DNA from: Bdellovibrionota bacterium
GTDB lineage: Bacteria; Bdellovibrionota_C; UBA2361; SZUA-149; CAZDWZ01
Length of the DNA stretch: 64,000 nucleotides
NCBI GenBank assembly: GCA_046328905.1
Contig: JAXLVP010000001.1
Coordinates: 2,030,731 to 2,094,730 of the forward strand
Reading direction: 5' to 3'
Numbering within the stretch: the stretch's first letter is position 1; every line of letters begins with the position of its first letter. A program made the position numbers and the translations under genes. The notes under the pieces were generated by a model, which was not told the DNA's origin, did not search any database, and saw only the letters and a list, made by a program, of their open reading frames with translations. Below are positions 37,563-49,540 of this stretch, in pieces.

Positions 37563-37993
37563 GTGTCCGGGTCGTCTTCCCCCTCCTCGAAAGAGCTGTA
37601 TCAGTCCTGTGGATAAACTGTTAACGTGCTGTTTAAGACACATGAAGTAATAACCTAACCCATAGCGGTTATTAGCTATTTTTTAAAACTTTAGGGATGT
37701 CTTGGATTTTCGGCGCCTGTGGATAACATGTCGACACGCAAACGAGTAACTTGTGACCGGATGGGGACAAGATCGGACTCGATCGAAGCTCGAAAAGTTA
37801 CACTCTGCTCATCCACAGGTTCACGTCGATCTCGCCCACTGTTTACCCACAGCGCTTTCTCGAAGATCCGGATGGAGTTAGTTATGCTGTGCACACTTTT
37901 TCGCGCGCCCTACTACCACTACTACTATTTTTTATACTTATCTTTTTGTAAGTAAGAGAAGAGCTGGAAACGCCAACCCAAGGAGTAACTCGA
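37563..37993. promoter_or_regulatory. Candidate oriC: DnaA-box cluster plus AT-rich unwinding element between dnaA and dnaN
   Basis: Perfect TGTGGATAA boxes at 37608-37616 and 37718-37726. One-mismatch boxes TCATCCACA at 37809-37817 and TTACCCACA at 37853-37861. An AT-rich tract with TAC/TAT triplets at 37911-37965. An inverted repeat TAATAACC...GGTTATTA at 37648-37674. Confidence 0.7.
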
Positions 37994-39115
37994 ATGAATT
38001 TTTCCATCGCCAAAGAAAAGTTCTCGCATCTGCTTTACCTCACGCACTCGATTGTAGAACGGCGAAATACAATGCCGATCCTCGCGAACGTGAAGTTGAA
38101 TGCGGAAGATGGAAAGCTCACTCTCGCAGCGACAGATCTTGAAGTGAGCGTGATCGGCGAAGCGGAAGCAACAGTGAAGGCTGCGGGGAGCACGACTGTT
38201 GACGCGAAGGTTCTCTACGACATCATTCGCGAGCTGCCGAACGAACCGATCTCGGTAAATCTCGCAAAGGGTCAGCGTCTCGAGATCCAGTGCGGACAAT
38301 CCAAGTTTAAAATCAACGGCACATCTGCCGACGAATTTCCCTCGCTGGCTGGAACAACGATCTCGAAGCCGGTTTCAATCGAAGCAGCGATGTTCTACGA
38401 GATGTTCGATAAGACATCGTTCGCGGTGTCGACGGATGAGACCCGTTACAACATCAACGGTGTGCTCGTTGAAACAGTGCCTCAGGAGTCCGGAAAGGGG
38501 CATAGCATTCGTTTCGTCGCGACCGACGGGCATCGGCTCGCTTTAATCGATCGTCCGTCTGAGGGCTTCCAGCTCGCTGATTCGGTGATCGTCCCGAGGA
38601 AGGGTATTCAGGAAGTAAAGAAAGTTCTCGAAGGGAACGAAGGCGCTGCAAAGGTCGAGGTTCGCGACGGTTTTTTCACCGTCGAAAGTGCCGGTGTCAC
38701 ACTCGGCATTCGCCTTGTCGATGGTCAGTTCCCTGATTACCGTCAGGTTATTCCTGCGGAGAGCAAAACGGAAGTCGGCATTAACCGCGTCGAGTTCCTC
38801 TCAGCGGTGAAGCGTGTTTCGTTGGTGACCACCGACAAAAACAAAGCCGTGCGCTTCAAGGTAAGCGGCGACACATTGTCGATTTCGAGCTCCAGCCCGG
38901 AATATGGGGAAGCAAATGACTCCCTCGCTGTTGATAAACAGGGCGAGGATGTCGAGATCGGGTTCAGCGCCCGATATATCATCGACCTTCTGAACGCGAT
39001 GACTGACAGCGAGCTCATCACGATTAAGTTGAACGGGGACCTTGGCCCGGGCGTATTCACCGGAAGCGGAACGGAAGCTTACACTTGCATCGTAATGCCG
39101 ATGCGGTTCGAGTAG
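37994..39115 (+). CDS. dnaN: DNA polymerase III beta sliding clamp
   Basis: 373 aa with three beta-clamp domains, and an N-terminus typical of DnaN. Confidence 0.95.
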   Translation: MNFSIAKEKFSHLLYLTHSIVERRNTMPILANVKLNAEDGKLTLAATDLEVSVIGEAEATVKAAGSTTVDAKVLYDIIRELPNEPISVNLAKGQRLEIQCGQSKFKINGTSADEFPSLAGTTISKPVSIEAAMFYEMFDKTSFAVSTDETRYNINGVLVETVPQESGKGHSIRFVATDGHRLALIDRPSEGFQLADSVIVPRKGIQEVKKVLEGNEGAAKVEVRDGFFTVESAGVTLGIRLVDGQFPDYRQVIPAESKTEVGINRVEFLSAVKRVSLVTTDKNKAVRFKVSGDTLSISSSSPEYGEANDSLAVDKQGEDVEIGFSARYIIDLLNAMTDSELITIKLNGDLGPGVFTGSGTEAYTCIVMPMRFE

Positions 39116-39205
39116 GCTGTTCTTTGAGATTGGCGGTGGGAAACTGTGCGTCACGCGCCGTTTCCCATTTGCTCTTTCTGGGCGCGAGTTTGTAGGCAAG
39201 AAACC

Positions 39206-39225
39206 GCTTCAAAAGAAGCTTTTTT
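39206..39225 (+). terminator. Weak candidate intrinsic terminator after dnaN (GCTTC-aaaa-GAAGC followed by TTTTTT)
   Basis: A 5-bp stem with a 4-nt loop followed by T6. The short stem makes this low confidence. Confidence 0.25.
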
Positions 39226-39392
39226 CCGCCCGTGCAACTCTCGTATTGGCCAGCCCCCTGAGCTGGAGTGCTTTGGGCGGTTCCTGAAAGGCTATTGCAA
39301 AATTCCATTGAGCCTCTCCGTCTCAGTTCCATCCTTCGAGGAGCTTTCGCCGCGTGAATTTTCAGGGGCGTTAATTTTCTGAGCGGCGGTCT

Positions 39393-40661
39393 GTGCGCAG
39401 CAGCCGCTTTTCGATAGAGTCACCCTCAATCGCTTTTCAGGAACGAGAGCTGCTGTGGGAGAACGGTCCCTTGTTTTTAACGCGTCTCCGAGTCAGTAAC
39501 TTTCGTAATCTCGCTCCGCAGGAAATCACGTTCGACAATCGAGTGACCGTGATTACCGGCAAAAACGGCCAGGGAAAAACCAGTCTGCTCGAAACAGTTT
39601 ATCTTCTGAGCCACAATCGCTCTTTTCGCTCTGGCAAAACAAAGGACCTTCTCCAATGGACTGCCGGTCCCGCTCGCGAGCGGGTCGAAGGTGCAGTCGA
39701 AGCCACCGTCTCTTCGTCCAGCGGTGACCGGCTCATCCAGTATTTTCTCCGCGGGAACCACCGCGAAGTGTTCGTAAACGAAAAACGTGTGGAAAAGCTG
39801 AGCCACTTCTACGGCCAGCTCAATTCAGTAATTTTTACGCCCGAAGAGCTGCAGCTGGTGAAGGGTGCGCCTCAGCAGCGCCGCAATTTCGTCGACCGCT
39901 CGTTGGCGATGGTAGACCCGGTGTTCGTGGAAGCTGCCGTTCAATATCAGCGCGCTCTGAAGCAGCGAAACGCGCTGCTTGGACAGCTTCAGCAAACTAA
40001 AGCTCCGGCATCCGAGGCGGTTTCGCAGCTCGGCTTTTGGGACGCACTGCTCGTGAAGCACGGGCACATTGCCGCCGGCCGCCGCCGGCAATTCATTGCG
40101 GCCTTAGGTGAGAAGGTGCCCAATTACTATCGCGCGCTAGTTTCAACGACGCGGTTAGTGCGTGCGCTCGAGCGAGTTTCACTTCGCTACACGAGCGATT
40201 TTCTGGACGAGTCGGGAGAAATTTTGCCTACGCCCAAGCTCGAAGAGCTTTTTGCAGCAGAGCATCTCCGCGATTTGCGACGCGGGGTAACTTCTGTCGG
40301 CTTTCACCGCGATGATGTAGAAATTTTCCTTGAAACTGATTTTGGAGCGAAACCGGCGAAGATCGCTGCATCGCAAGGTCAGGCGCGGAGTGTGTCGCTG
40401 GCGCTGTCTCTGAGCGCCGTAGATTACCTCAATGAGCGCACCGGTGAGCCACCGGTCATGTTGCTGGATGACGTGGAGTCGGAGCTCGACCAGTATCGCA
40501 GAGCGGCGCTATTCGAGCTGCTTTCGACCTTTCAGGCGCAGGTATTACTGACCACGACCGAGCCGACGAGCGCCGTGAAATCCTTCGGTTCCACCACCGG
40601 TTTCCTGGCCATCGAGGGCGGCCAAGTTTCGGCTGATCGTGACCCGAAATTTCCTCAGTAA
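39393..40661 (+). CDS. recF: DNA replication and repair protein RecF
   Basis: Walker A (GKNGQGKTSLLE), an SMC-like signature and Walker B (LLDDVESELD). The ORF start probably over-extends. The RecF core begins near LTRLRVSNFRN, around 39470. Confidence 0.9.
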   Translation: MRSSRFSIESPSIAFQERELLWENGPLFLTRLRVSNFRNLAPQEITFDNRVTVITGKNGQGKTSLLETVYLLSHNRSFRSGKTKDLLQWTAGPARERVEGAVEATVSSSSGDRLIQYFLRGNHREVFVNEKRVEKLSHFYGQLNSVIFTPEELQLVKGAPQQRRNFVDRSLAMVDPVFVEAAVQYQRALKQRNALLGQLQQTKAPASEAVSQLGFWDALLVKHGHIAAGRRRQFIAALGEKVPNYYRALVSTTRLVRALERVSLRYTSDFLDESGEILPTPKLEELFAAEHLRDLRRGVTSVGFHRDDVEIFLETDFGAKPAKIAASQGQARSVSLALSLSAVDYLNERTGEPPVMLLDDVESELDQYRRAALFELLSTFQAQVLLTTTEPTSAVKSFGSTTGFLAIEGGQVSADRDPKFPQ

Positions 40662-40688
40662 CATTCCGAAATCACTAACGATAATTGT

Positions 40689-40717
40689 TTGCCCAAAAGA
40701 GGCGGAAAGGGTATACT
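40689..40717 (+). promoter_or_regulatory. Sigma-70-like promoter upstream of gyrB (TTGCCC -17 nt- TATACT)
   Basis: The hexamers and 17-nt spacing were read from the sequence. They lie about 60 bp upstream of the gyrB ATG. Confidence 0.4.
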
Positions 40718-40721
40718 TTAG

Positions 40722-43253
<2,532 letters not shown>

Positions 43254-43352
43254 CGAACATTCGAGCGCGTAGAGGGGCGGGCTGTTTCACGTTTCTGTGA
43301 AGCGGCCGGGCTGTTTCGCTGCTGCGTTCGAGCACAGAGAAGTCGATCGGAC

Positions 43353-45950
43353 ATGGAAAACAACAATACGACCGTCATACCGGTAAACATCGAAGACGAG
43401 ATGCGCGGGTCCTACATGGACTATGCGATGAGCGTCATTATCGGGCGAGCGCTGCCCGACATCCGCGATGGTCTGAAGCCGGTGCACCGCCGCATTCTCT
43501 ACGCGATGCTGAATGAAGGCCTTGTTTCCAATCGAAAGTATTCGAAATGCGCCGGGGTCGTCGGCGAAGTGCTCAAGCGTTACCATCCTCATGGTGATAG
43601 CGCGGTCTACGATTCGCTTGTTCGCATGGCTCAATCGTGGAACCTGCGTTACCCGCTCATCGACGGGCAGGGAAACTTCGGTTCGATCGACGGAGATTCA
43701 GCGGCGGCCTATCGTTATACGGAGTGTCGTATGCGGGCGCTCGCCGAAGCGATGTTGGCGGATATCGAAAAGGACACTGTCGATTTTCAACCGAACTTCG
43801 ATGATTCGACCGTAGAGCCGATCGTCCTCCCCTCCCGCGTTCCGAATCTGCTCATCAACGGAGCCGAAGGCATCGCGGTCGGAATGGCATCGAAGATTCC
43901 TCCGCACAATCTTCGTGAGATCATTGCCGCAACGATTCGCTTGATCGAAGAGCCTGCGTCGACTGTCGAAGAGCTCATGGAGCACGTTCCAGGGCCTGAC
44001 TTTCCGACCGCGGGAATCATTTACGGAGCGGCGCCGCTGCGACAAATTTATAAGACCGGTCGGGGGGTTATCCAACTTCGGGCAAAGGTCCATGTCGAGG
44101 AAATCAAGGGCAAGCGCGACGGCGAGATGATTGTCGTCGACGAAATTCCGTATCAGGTGAACAAGGCCCGGCTCGTCGAGAAGATCGCGGAGCTCGTCAA
44201 CGAAAAGAAGATTGAAGGTATCTCCCGACTGCGCGACGAATCAGACCGTCGCGGAATGCGCGTCGTTATCGAGGTGAAGCGCGATTCGTCCTCCGATGTC
44301 GTTCTCAACCAGCTCTTCAAGCTCACTCCGCTCCAACGAACATTCGGCGTGATGATGCTCGCCATCGTGGACGGCCGTCCGATGGTTCTCGGTCTCAAGG
44401 AATTCCTGCAGAATTTTATCGAGCACCGGCGCATCGTCATCGTGCGCCGCACTCGCTTCGATTTGGCGAAGGCGAAGGCGCGGGTGCACATCCTCGAAGG
44501 GTTGCTCATCGCGCTGTCGCATATCGACGAAGTAATCGCGATTATCAAGGCGTCGGAATCGACCGCCGAGGCGAAAGCCGAGCTCGAACGGCGGTTCTCG
44601 TTGAGCGAAATTCAAGCTCAACAGATTCTCGACATGCCGCTCCGCCGTTTGACCGGTTTGGAGCGAAAATCGATCGAGGACGAGCATGCAGAGCTGCTCG
44701 AGCTGATTACTCGGCTTACAAAGATCCTGACCGATCCGAAGGAAGTGGACCGGGTCTGCGTTGAGGAGCTGAAGGAAATCAGCGACAAATACGGAGACGA
44801 GCGCCGCACGCTCATCGAGGCCGAAGGCGAAGAGATCGACCTCGAGGACATGATCAACGAAGAGGACATGGTCGTCACCATCAGCCACCGCGGTTACGCG
44901 AAGCGCTGCTCCCCTTCTCTCTACAAGGCACAGGGGCGCGGCGGAAAGGGTGTCATGGGCACGAAGAAGCTCTCGGACGACGACGAGGATTTCGTCTCGG
45001 AGATGTTCATCGCTTCGACCCACGCCTATTTGTGCGTCTTTACGACGCTCGGAAAGCTCCATTGGCTGAAGGTCTACAACCTCCCTGAAGCCGGCCGGAC
45101 CGCGCGCGGTCGAGCGCTCGTGAACATGATTCAGTTCGAAGAGAACGAGCAGGTCTCTGCGATTCTCCCGATTCGTCACTTCGAAGAGGGGAAATACGTT
45201 GTCCTCGCGACCAAGAACGGCGTGATCAAGCGCGTCGATCTGATGGAGTTTTCAAACATCCGTCGCGGCGGGATTCGGGCGGTATCACTCGATGAAGGGG
45301 ATACGCTCATCGGCGCACGACTCACTGAGGGTGGCCGTGACATCCTGCTCACCACGGCGAGCGGTATGGCCATCCGGTTCAAAGAAACGGATGTTCGAGT
45401 GATGGGCCGAGTCGCTCGCGGCGTTCGAGGGATCAACCTCGACGAAGGCGATACAGCCGTAAGCATCGTCACGGTGCCGCATGTGAGCGATGAAGAAAGC
45501 GAAAACGCAGCCGAAAGCTCGAAAGAGGGCGGTGAGGTCTTCGGCTTGCTGAGCGTTTGCAAAAACGGCTACGGAAAGCGCACGCTGGTCGGCGAGTACC
45601 GAATGCAGAGCCGCGGCGGGAAGGGTGTCATCGACATCAAGACCGACGGCCGGAACGGTCCGGTCATCGGCAGCAGCCGAGTGAAGGACAACGATCACAT
45701 CATGCTGATCACGACTGCTGGTAAGGTTATCCGTATCGAGGCGAACAGTATCTCCCTGATCGGTCGCAACACCATGGGAGTGCGGGTCATCAACCTGGAC
45801 GAAGGCGAATCGGTAGCCGCCATTGCGCGAGTTGCTGACGCGGCGGTCACCGAAGGCGAATCGGGTACCGGCGGTAATGAAGAAGGCTCGGAAAACGCTT
45901 CCGCAAATGGCACCGCGAACGGCAGCGATACACCGGAAACGATTCAGTAA
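43353..45950 (+). CDS. gyrA: DNA gyrase subunit A
   Basis: The active-site region AAMRYTE-like ([10 protein letters not shown]), the QRDR region, C-terminal beta-pinwheel repeats and an acidic tail. Confidence 0.97.
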   Translation: MENNNTTVIPVNIEDEMRGSYMDYAMSVIIGRALPDIRDGLKPVHRRILYAMLNEGLVSNRKYSKCAGVVGEVLKRYHPHGDSAVYDSLVRMAQSWNLRYPLIDGQGNFGSIDGDSAAAYRYTECRMRALAEAMLADIEKDTVDFQPNFDDSTVEPIVLPSRVPNLLINGAEGIAVGMASKIPPHNLREIIAATIRLIEEPASTVEELMEHVPGPDFPTAGIIYGAAPLRQIYKTGRGVIQLRAKVHVEEIKGKRDGEMIVVDEIPYQVNKARLVEKIAELVNEKKIEGISRLRDESDRRGMRVVIEVKRDSSSDVVLNQLFKLTPLQRTFGVMMLAIVDGRPMVLGLKEFLQNFIEHRRIVIVRRTRFDLAKAKARVHILEGLLIALSHIDEVIAIIKASESTAEAKAELERRFSLSEIQAQQILDMPLRRLTGLERKSIEDEHAELLELITRLTKILTDPKEVDRVCVEELKEISDKYGDERRTLIEAEGEEIDLEDMINEEDMVVTISHRGYAKRCSPSLYKAQGRGGKGVMGTKKLSDDDEDFVSEMFIASTHAYLCVFTTLGKLHWLKVYNLPEAGRTARGRALVNMIQFEENEQVSAILPIRHFEEGKYVVLATKNGVIKRVDLMEFSNIRRGGIRAVSLDEGDTLIGARLTEGGRDILLTTASGMAIRFKETDVRVMGRVARGVRGINLDEGDTAVSIVTVPHVSDEESENAAESSKEGGEVFGLLSVCKNGYGKRTLVGEYRMQSRGGKGVIDIKTDGRNGPVIGSSRVKDNDHIMLITTAGKVIRIEANSISLIGRNTMGVRVINLDEGESVAAIARVADAAVTEGESGTGGNEEGSENASANGTANGSDTPETIQ

Positions 45951-45979
45951 CCCAGTACGGGAAGCACATCGGGAGTAGA

Positions 45980-47026
45980 ATGAGCGACGGTTCGGAAGCG
46001 CCCAGCGACGGTTCGAAGGGGGCTGACCAAAAGACGGTCGCCGTCCTTGGTGCCGGGAGCTGGGGCACGGCCCTCGCACACCATCTCGCGCGTGTGGGTC
46101 ACCGAACCATTCTTTGGGGCCGCGACCCTGAGCTGCTTCGAGTAATCGGTGCAGAGCACCGAAACCCGAGATACTTTCCCGATCTTCCTCTCAGCCCTGA
46201 AATCACGGTCGAAGCTGATATTTTGAAGGCGGTTCGCGATGCGGACGCCGTCGTGTTCGCGGTGCCGTCCGGAGTTCTTCACGAAGTGCTGAAGAACGCG
46301 AAGCCCAATCTCAGAGCGGATGCCATTCTGGTCAGCACGGCAAAAGGTTTGGAGGATCAAACCTTGCAGCCGATGTCTGCGGTGCTTCGCGGCGAGCTCG
46401 GCGACCACGCACAGATCGCTGTCCTTTCCGGCCCGAGCTTCGCGCGAGAAGTCATCTTGGGGCTGCCGACCGCAGTGACCATCGCCGCACGAAGTCTGGA
46501 GACTGCCTCGGCCGCGGCCGCTTTCTTCCATATTGATTACTTTCGGGTCTACACTTCCCGCGACGTCGTTGGCGTAGAGTTCGGTGGCATCGTGAAAAAC
46601 GTGATTGCTCTCGCGTGTGGAGTTGTCGAGGGAGTCGGAATGGGGGCCAATGCCCGTGCGGCGCTTATCACCCGGGGACTACTGGAGATGCAGCGCATCA
46701 CCCTCGCCCTGGGAGGCGAAGCGGTAACAGTCACCGGCCTGAGTGGTCTCGGAGACCTCTTGCTCACGGCGACGGGCGACCTGAGCCGAAATCGGCAGGT
46801 TGGTTTGCGGCTAGGAAAGGGCGAGAAGCTGACGGACATCGTTTCCCACCTGGGCCAGGTCGCAGAAGCCGTACGGGTAACCCCGAAGGTTGCCGAGCTT
46901 GCCCGGCGACACAACGTTAAAGCACCCATTATTGAAGAAGTTGACCGAATCCTGTCCGGTCAGTCGAGCGCGGCGGAGTCGGTCAGAAAGCTGCTGTCTC
47001 GAGCGCCCGTATTAGAAGCGTCCTAG
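45980..47026 (+). CDS. gpsA: NAD(P)H-dependent glycerol-3-phosphate dehydrogenase
   Basis: VAVLGAGSWGTALA is the Rossmann motif; the C-terminal GpsA domain follows. Confidence 0.9.
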   Translation: MSDGSEAPSDGSKGADQKTVAVLGAGSWGTALAHHLARVGHRTILWGRDPELLRVIGAEHRNPRYFPDLPLSPEITVEADILKAVRDADAVVFAVPSGVLHEVLKNAKPNLRADAILVSTAKGLEDQTLQPMSAVLRGELGDHAQIAVLSGPSFAREVILGLPTAVTIAARSLETASAAAAFFHIDYFRVYTSRDVVGVEFGGIVKNVIALACGVVEGVGMGANARAALITRGLLEMQRITLALGGEAVTVTGLSGLGDLLLTATGDLSRNRQVGLRLGKGEKLTDIVSHLGQVAEAVRVTPKVAELARRHNVKAPIIEEVDRILSGQSSAAESVRKLLSRAPVLEAS

Positions 47027-47303
47027 CTTTAAGGGTCCGTCCTGAGCCCCAGCCTCCGATTGCCGAAAAGCTCTACGAAGCTCGTGTGACACGACGTCCC
47101 TTACAGTTTAAGTCCGGCGACCCCGCGCCCGAATGCGAAGTTGGAAATTGGTTTCCTCGTGCCGTCACCGGTTTCATCTAGCAAAGGAGCAGTAAGCTGA
47201 GGTATCGACGCGTTTGGTTAGCCTTCGTGTCCGACGTTGTTCGGCGCGTGTTAACCTCTTCATCTCCTGCCGTCGGCCGTAAACACTGAGGAGCTCATCG
47301 AAC

Positions 47304-47783
47304 ATGACCACAGCAATTCAAGACCAAACAGCAAATCGCTCATGCTACGGCTGCGGCGCTGAGAATCCACATGGGCTCCAGCTCAAGAGCGTTATGGTCG
47401 GTGACGAGGCGAAGGCCAGCTTTCAGCCGAAGCCGTTCCATACCGGCGGCTTCCCCGGGCACGTCTACGGAGGGCTTATCTGCTCACTGCTCGACTGCCA
47501 CAGCGCGAACTTCGCGATTGCTTGGTTCTATGCGGATGAAAAGCGCCCGATCGGAACGGAGCCTTTGATTCACTGTGTCACCGCACAGCTCAATATCAGT
47601 CTGCTGAAACCGGCCCGTATCGATCTTCCGATTGAGCTTTCTGCGGAGATGAAGAGCGTCGAGGGCCGCAAGATGTGGGTGCGTGCGCAAGCGTTTTCGG
47701 GTGGCGAGAAGTGTGCTGATGCCGAGATTCTGGCGGTGCGTTTGAAACCGGAGCAAGCAGAAGCGATGCTCAGCAAGAGCTGA
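47304..47783 (+). CDS. PaaI-family hotdog-fold thioesterase
   Basis: 159 aa with an N-terminal CxxC and hotdog core motifs (GHVYGGLICSLLD). Confidence 0.7.
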   Translation: MTTAIQDQTANRSCYGCGAENPHGLQLKSVMVGDEAKASFQPKPFHTGGFPGHVYGGLICSLLDCHSANFAIAWFYADEKRPIGTEPLIHCVTAQLNISLLKPARIDLPIELSAEMKSVEGRKMWVRAQAFSGGEKCADAEILAVRLKPEQAEAMLSKS

Positions 47784-48248
47784 AGTTCAGAACGTGCTTT
47801 TCGCGTTTCCGGAAGACCGTTCCGCAGAGAACGGAAAGGAGAATTGGAGAGAGCAGGATTAAGGGAACTAGAGATGTGGGCATTCAGCGAGCGGCCGCTG
47901 ACATTTCAACAAAATCACCGGCCGCACGCCGAAACAAAACCAAGCTTAACCGAGTCTGAACCTGTAACCTGAAATAACCCAAAAAATAACCGTTTTTATC
48001 CTACTCTCATCCTGCGAAAGCCGCTTTTGAGGCGGGACTCGCGGGAGAAGAGCCGAAGCTAGTCTCCACTAGAACCTTGCTCGTCCGGATCGAATCTCTT
48101 CGAAGCCTGTCCGAGCGAAAAAAACCCCGGGGCGTCCCGGATACTGGTTAGAAGCTCATTCCGCAGAAATCGCTTCAGCCATTAGTGAAACTATAACAAC
48201 GAAACAGCTGAGCAGCAAGAAAATTTCCAAGAAATTCAAATACTTAGA

Positions 48249-48268
48249 CCGAATGTTCATTCGGTTTT
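48249..48268 (+). terminator. Small hairpin plus T-run (CCGAATG tt CATTCGG TTTT) within the ORF-free region upstream of rpmH
   Basis: It was read directly from the sequence. Its function is unknown, and the orientation suits a plus-strand terminator. Confidence 0.25.
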
Positions 48269-48432
48269 GCTACTCCCGTGCTTAAACTCAAGAATACTGT
48301 CTTCGTATGGCTAAGAACCATACGCCAGGGACCGGCGGTATGGTTGATCGCCATACCGAGTACGTAATATTGAGCCAGGCGTGGGAAGAAGGTTGACTTC
48401 ACTTCCTCACCCGTGGCAAAACCCCCGCTCTT

Positions 48433-48594
48433 ATGAAGAGAACATATCAACCAGGAAATAAGAGCCGCCTGCGAACCCATGGGTTTCGCAAGCGCATGTC
48501 GACGAAAGACGGTCAGTCTGTCTTGAAGCGCCGCCGTGCGAAGGGCCGCAAGCGCTTGACGGTTTCGATGCCGCTGAAGGGCCGCAAGAAGTAG
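48433..48594 (+). CDS. rpmH: 50S ribosomal protein L34 (below the 60-aa threshold of the ORF track)
   Basis: Translation gives [53 protein letters not shown], which matches the L34 signature (MKRT[FY]QP...HGFR.RM.T..G..VL..RR.KGRK.L). It sits immediately upstream of rnpA, as in most bacteria. Confidence 0.9.
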   Translation: MKRTYQPGNKSRLRTHGFRKRMSTKDGQSVLKRRRAKGRKRLTVSMPLKGRKK

Positions 48595-48747
48595 CGCCCG
48601 ACATTCCGCACGCAATCTCAGACCCCGCTTTAGACTTTCGTCGCTCGCAATCACCTCAAGGCAGTCCACTTGGACGCCAACGCCACTCGTGTGCGTTGCG
48701 TCGTTTGTGGGGTGGACACTAGCCCGTGTGATTCGGAGATTCATGCT

Positions 48748-49251
48748 ATGGCACGCGACGAAAGCTTCGACCGCACGCGACGCGTCCGCAAGCGGCGTGA
48801 TTTCCTGCGCATTCAATCCAGCCGCCGCAAGGTCCGTACTGACCACCTGTTACTTGCAATTTCGCCGCAGAAAACCGTAATATCCGGCTCTCTCGGAACG
48901 ACCGAACGCCCGGCATTTCCTGGGGCGGAACGGACGCGCTTGGGAATTACCGTAACCACGAAAATTGATAAGCGGGCGGCAAGGCGCAATCGATTGAAGC
49001 GCCGGATTCGCGAGTTTTTTCGCCGGGAGCATCACCGATTCCGCGAGACCGTGGATTTAGTGGTCATCGCGCTCGAGGGAGCTACAGAGCTGGATTACGC
49101 GCAGGTGGCCGGCGAGCTCAAGCGGGGATTTGATCGAGCCGGTCTCTATCGTTCGAGCCGTCCCTATAAGAACGAACGCCCACGAGAGGCAGACCGGCCG
49201 AGAAGTCCGCAGAGCGATCGGGGTCCACGTGCCCCAAAGGATGCAAAGTGA
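48748..49251 (+). CDS. rnpA: Ribonuclease P protein component
   Basis: The RnpA RNR motif ([18 protein letters not shown]) and synteny rpmH-rnpA-yidD. The start was chosen at the internal Met. A long basic C-terminal tail overlaps the yidD start (GTGA). Confidence 0.85.
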   Translation: MARDESFDRTRRVRKRRDFLRIQSSRRKVRTDHLLLAISPQKTVISGSLGTTERPAFPGAERTRLGITVTTKIDKRAARRNRLKRRIREFFRREHHRFRETVDLVVIALEGATELDYAQVAGELKRGFDRAGLYRSSRPYKNERPREADRPRSPQSDRGPRAPKDAK

Positions 49252-49490
49252 TTAGGACCCTTCGAGAAGCCAACCGTATCCTGGTTTGTTTGCTCGCTTC
49301 CTTGCTGATGCTGTGGAATAAGCTGATCTCGCCTTTTTTCGGGGATCGCTGCCGCTTCTGCCCGAGCTGTTCCGAGTACGCCCGTGATGCCGTTTGCCGG
49401 CATGGAGCACTGCGCGGGATGTGGCTCGCGGCTCGGCGGGTGATCCGCTGTAACCGATTTTTTCCGGGTGGATTCGACCCGGTGCCGTGA
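49248..49490 (+). CDS. yidD: Membrane protein insertion efficiency factor YidD
   Basis: The motif [11 protein letters not shown]...HG. 80 aa with a GTG start that overlaps the rnpA stop. Confidence 0.9.
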   Translation: MIRTLREANRILVCLLASLLMLWNKLISPFFGDRCRFCPSCSEYARDAVCRHGALRGMWLAARRVIRCNRFFPGGFDPVP

Positions 49491-49540
49491 GGCACCGCTC
49501 TCGAAAAGGCCCTACGTTTGAAAGGATGATACCGTAATCT

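Noticed and set aside
47784-48432. A search for an RNase P RNA (rnpB) or other structured RNA in the 650-bp gene-free region before rpmH.
   Set aside because: No match to the conserved RNase P RNA P4 / GGAAAGUCCGGGCU-type motifs. Only a small hairpin was seen, so I cannot support an RNA gene call.
48244-48846. A 200-aa minus-strand ORF spanning the rpmH and rnpA region.
   Set aside because: It overlaps two well-supported conserved genes on the other strand, and its translation is uninformative.
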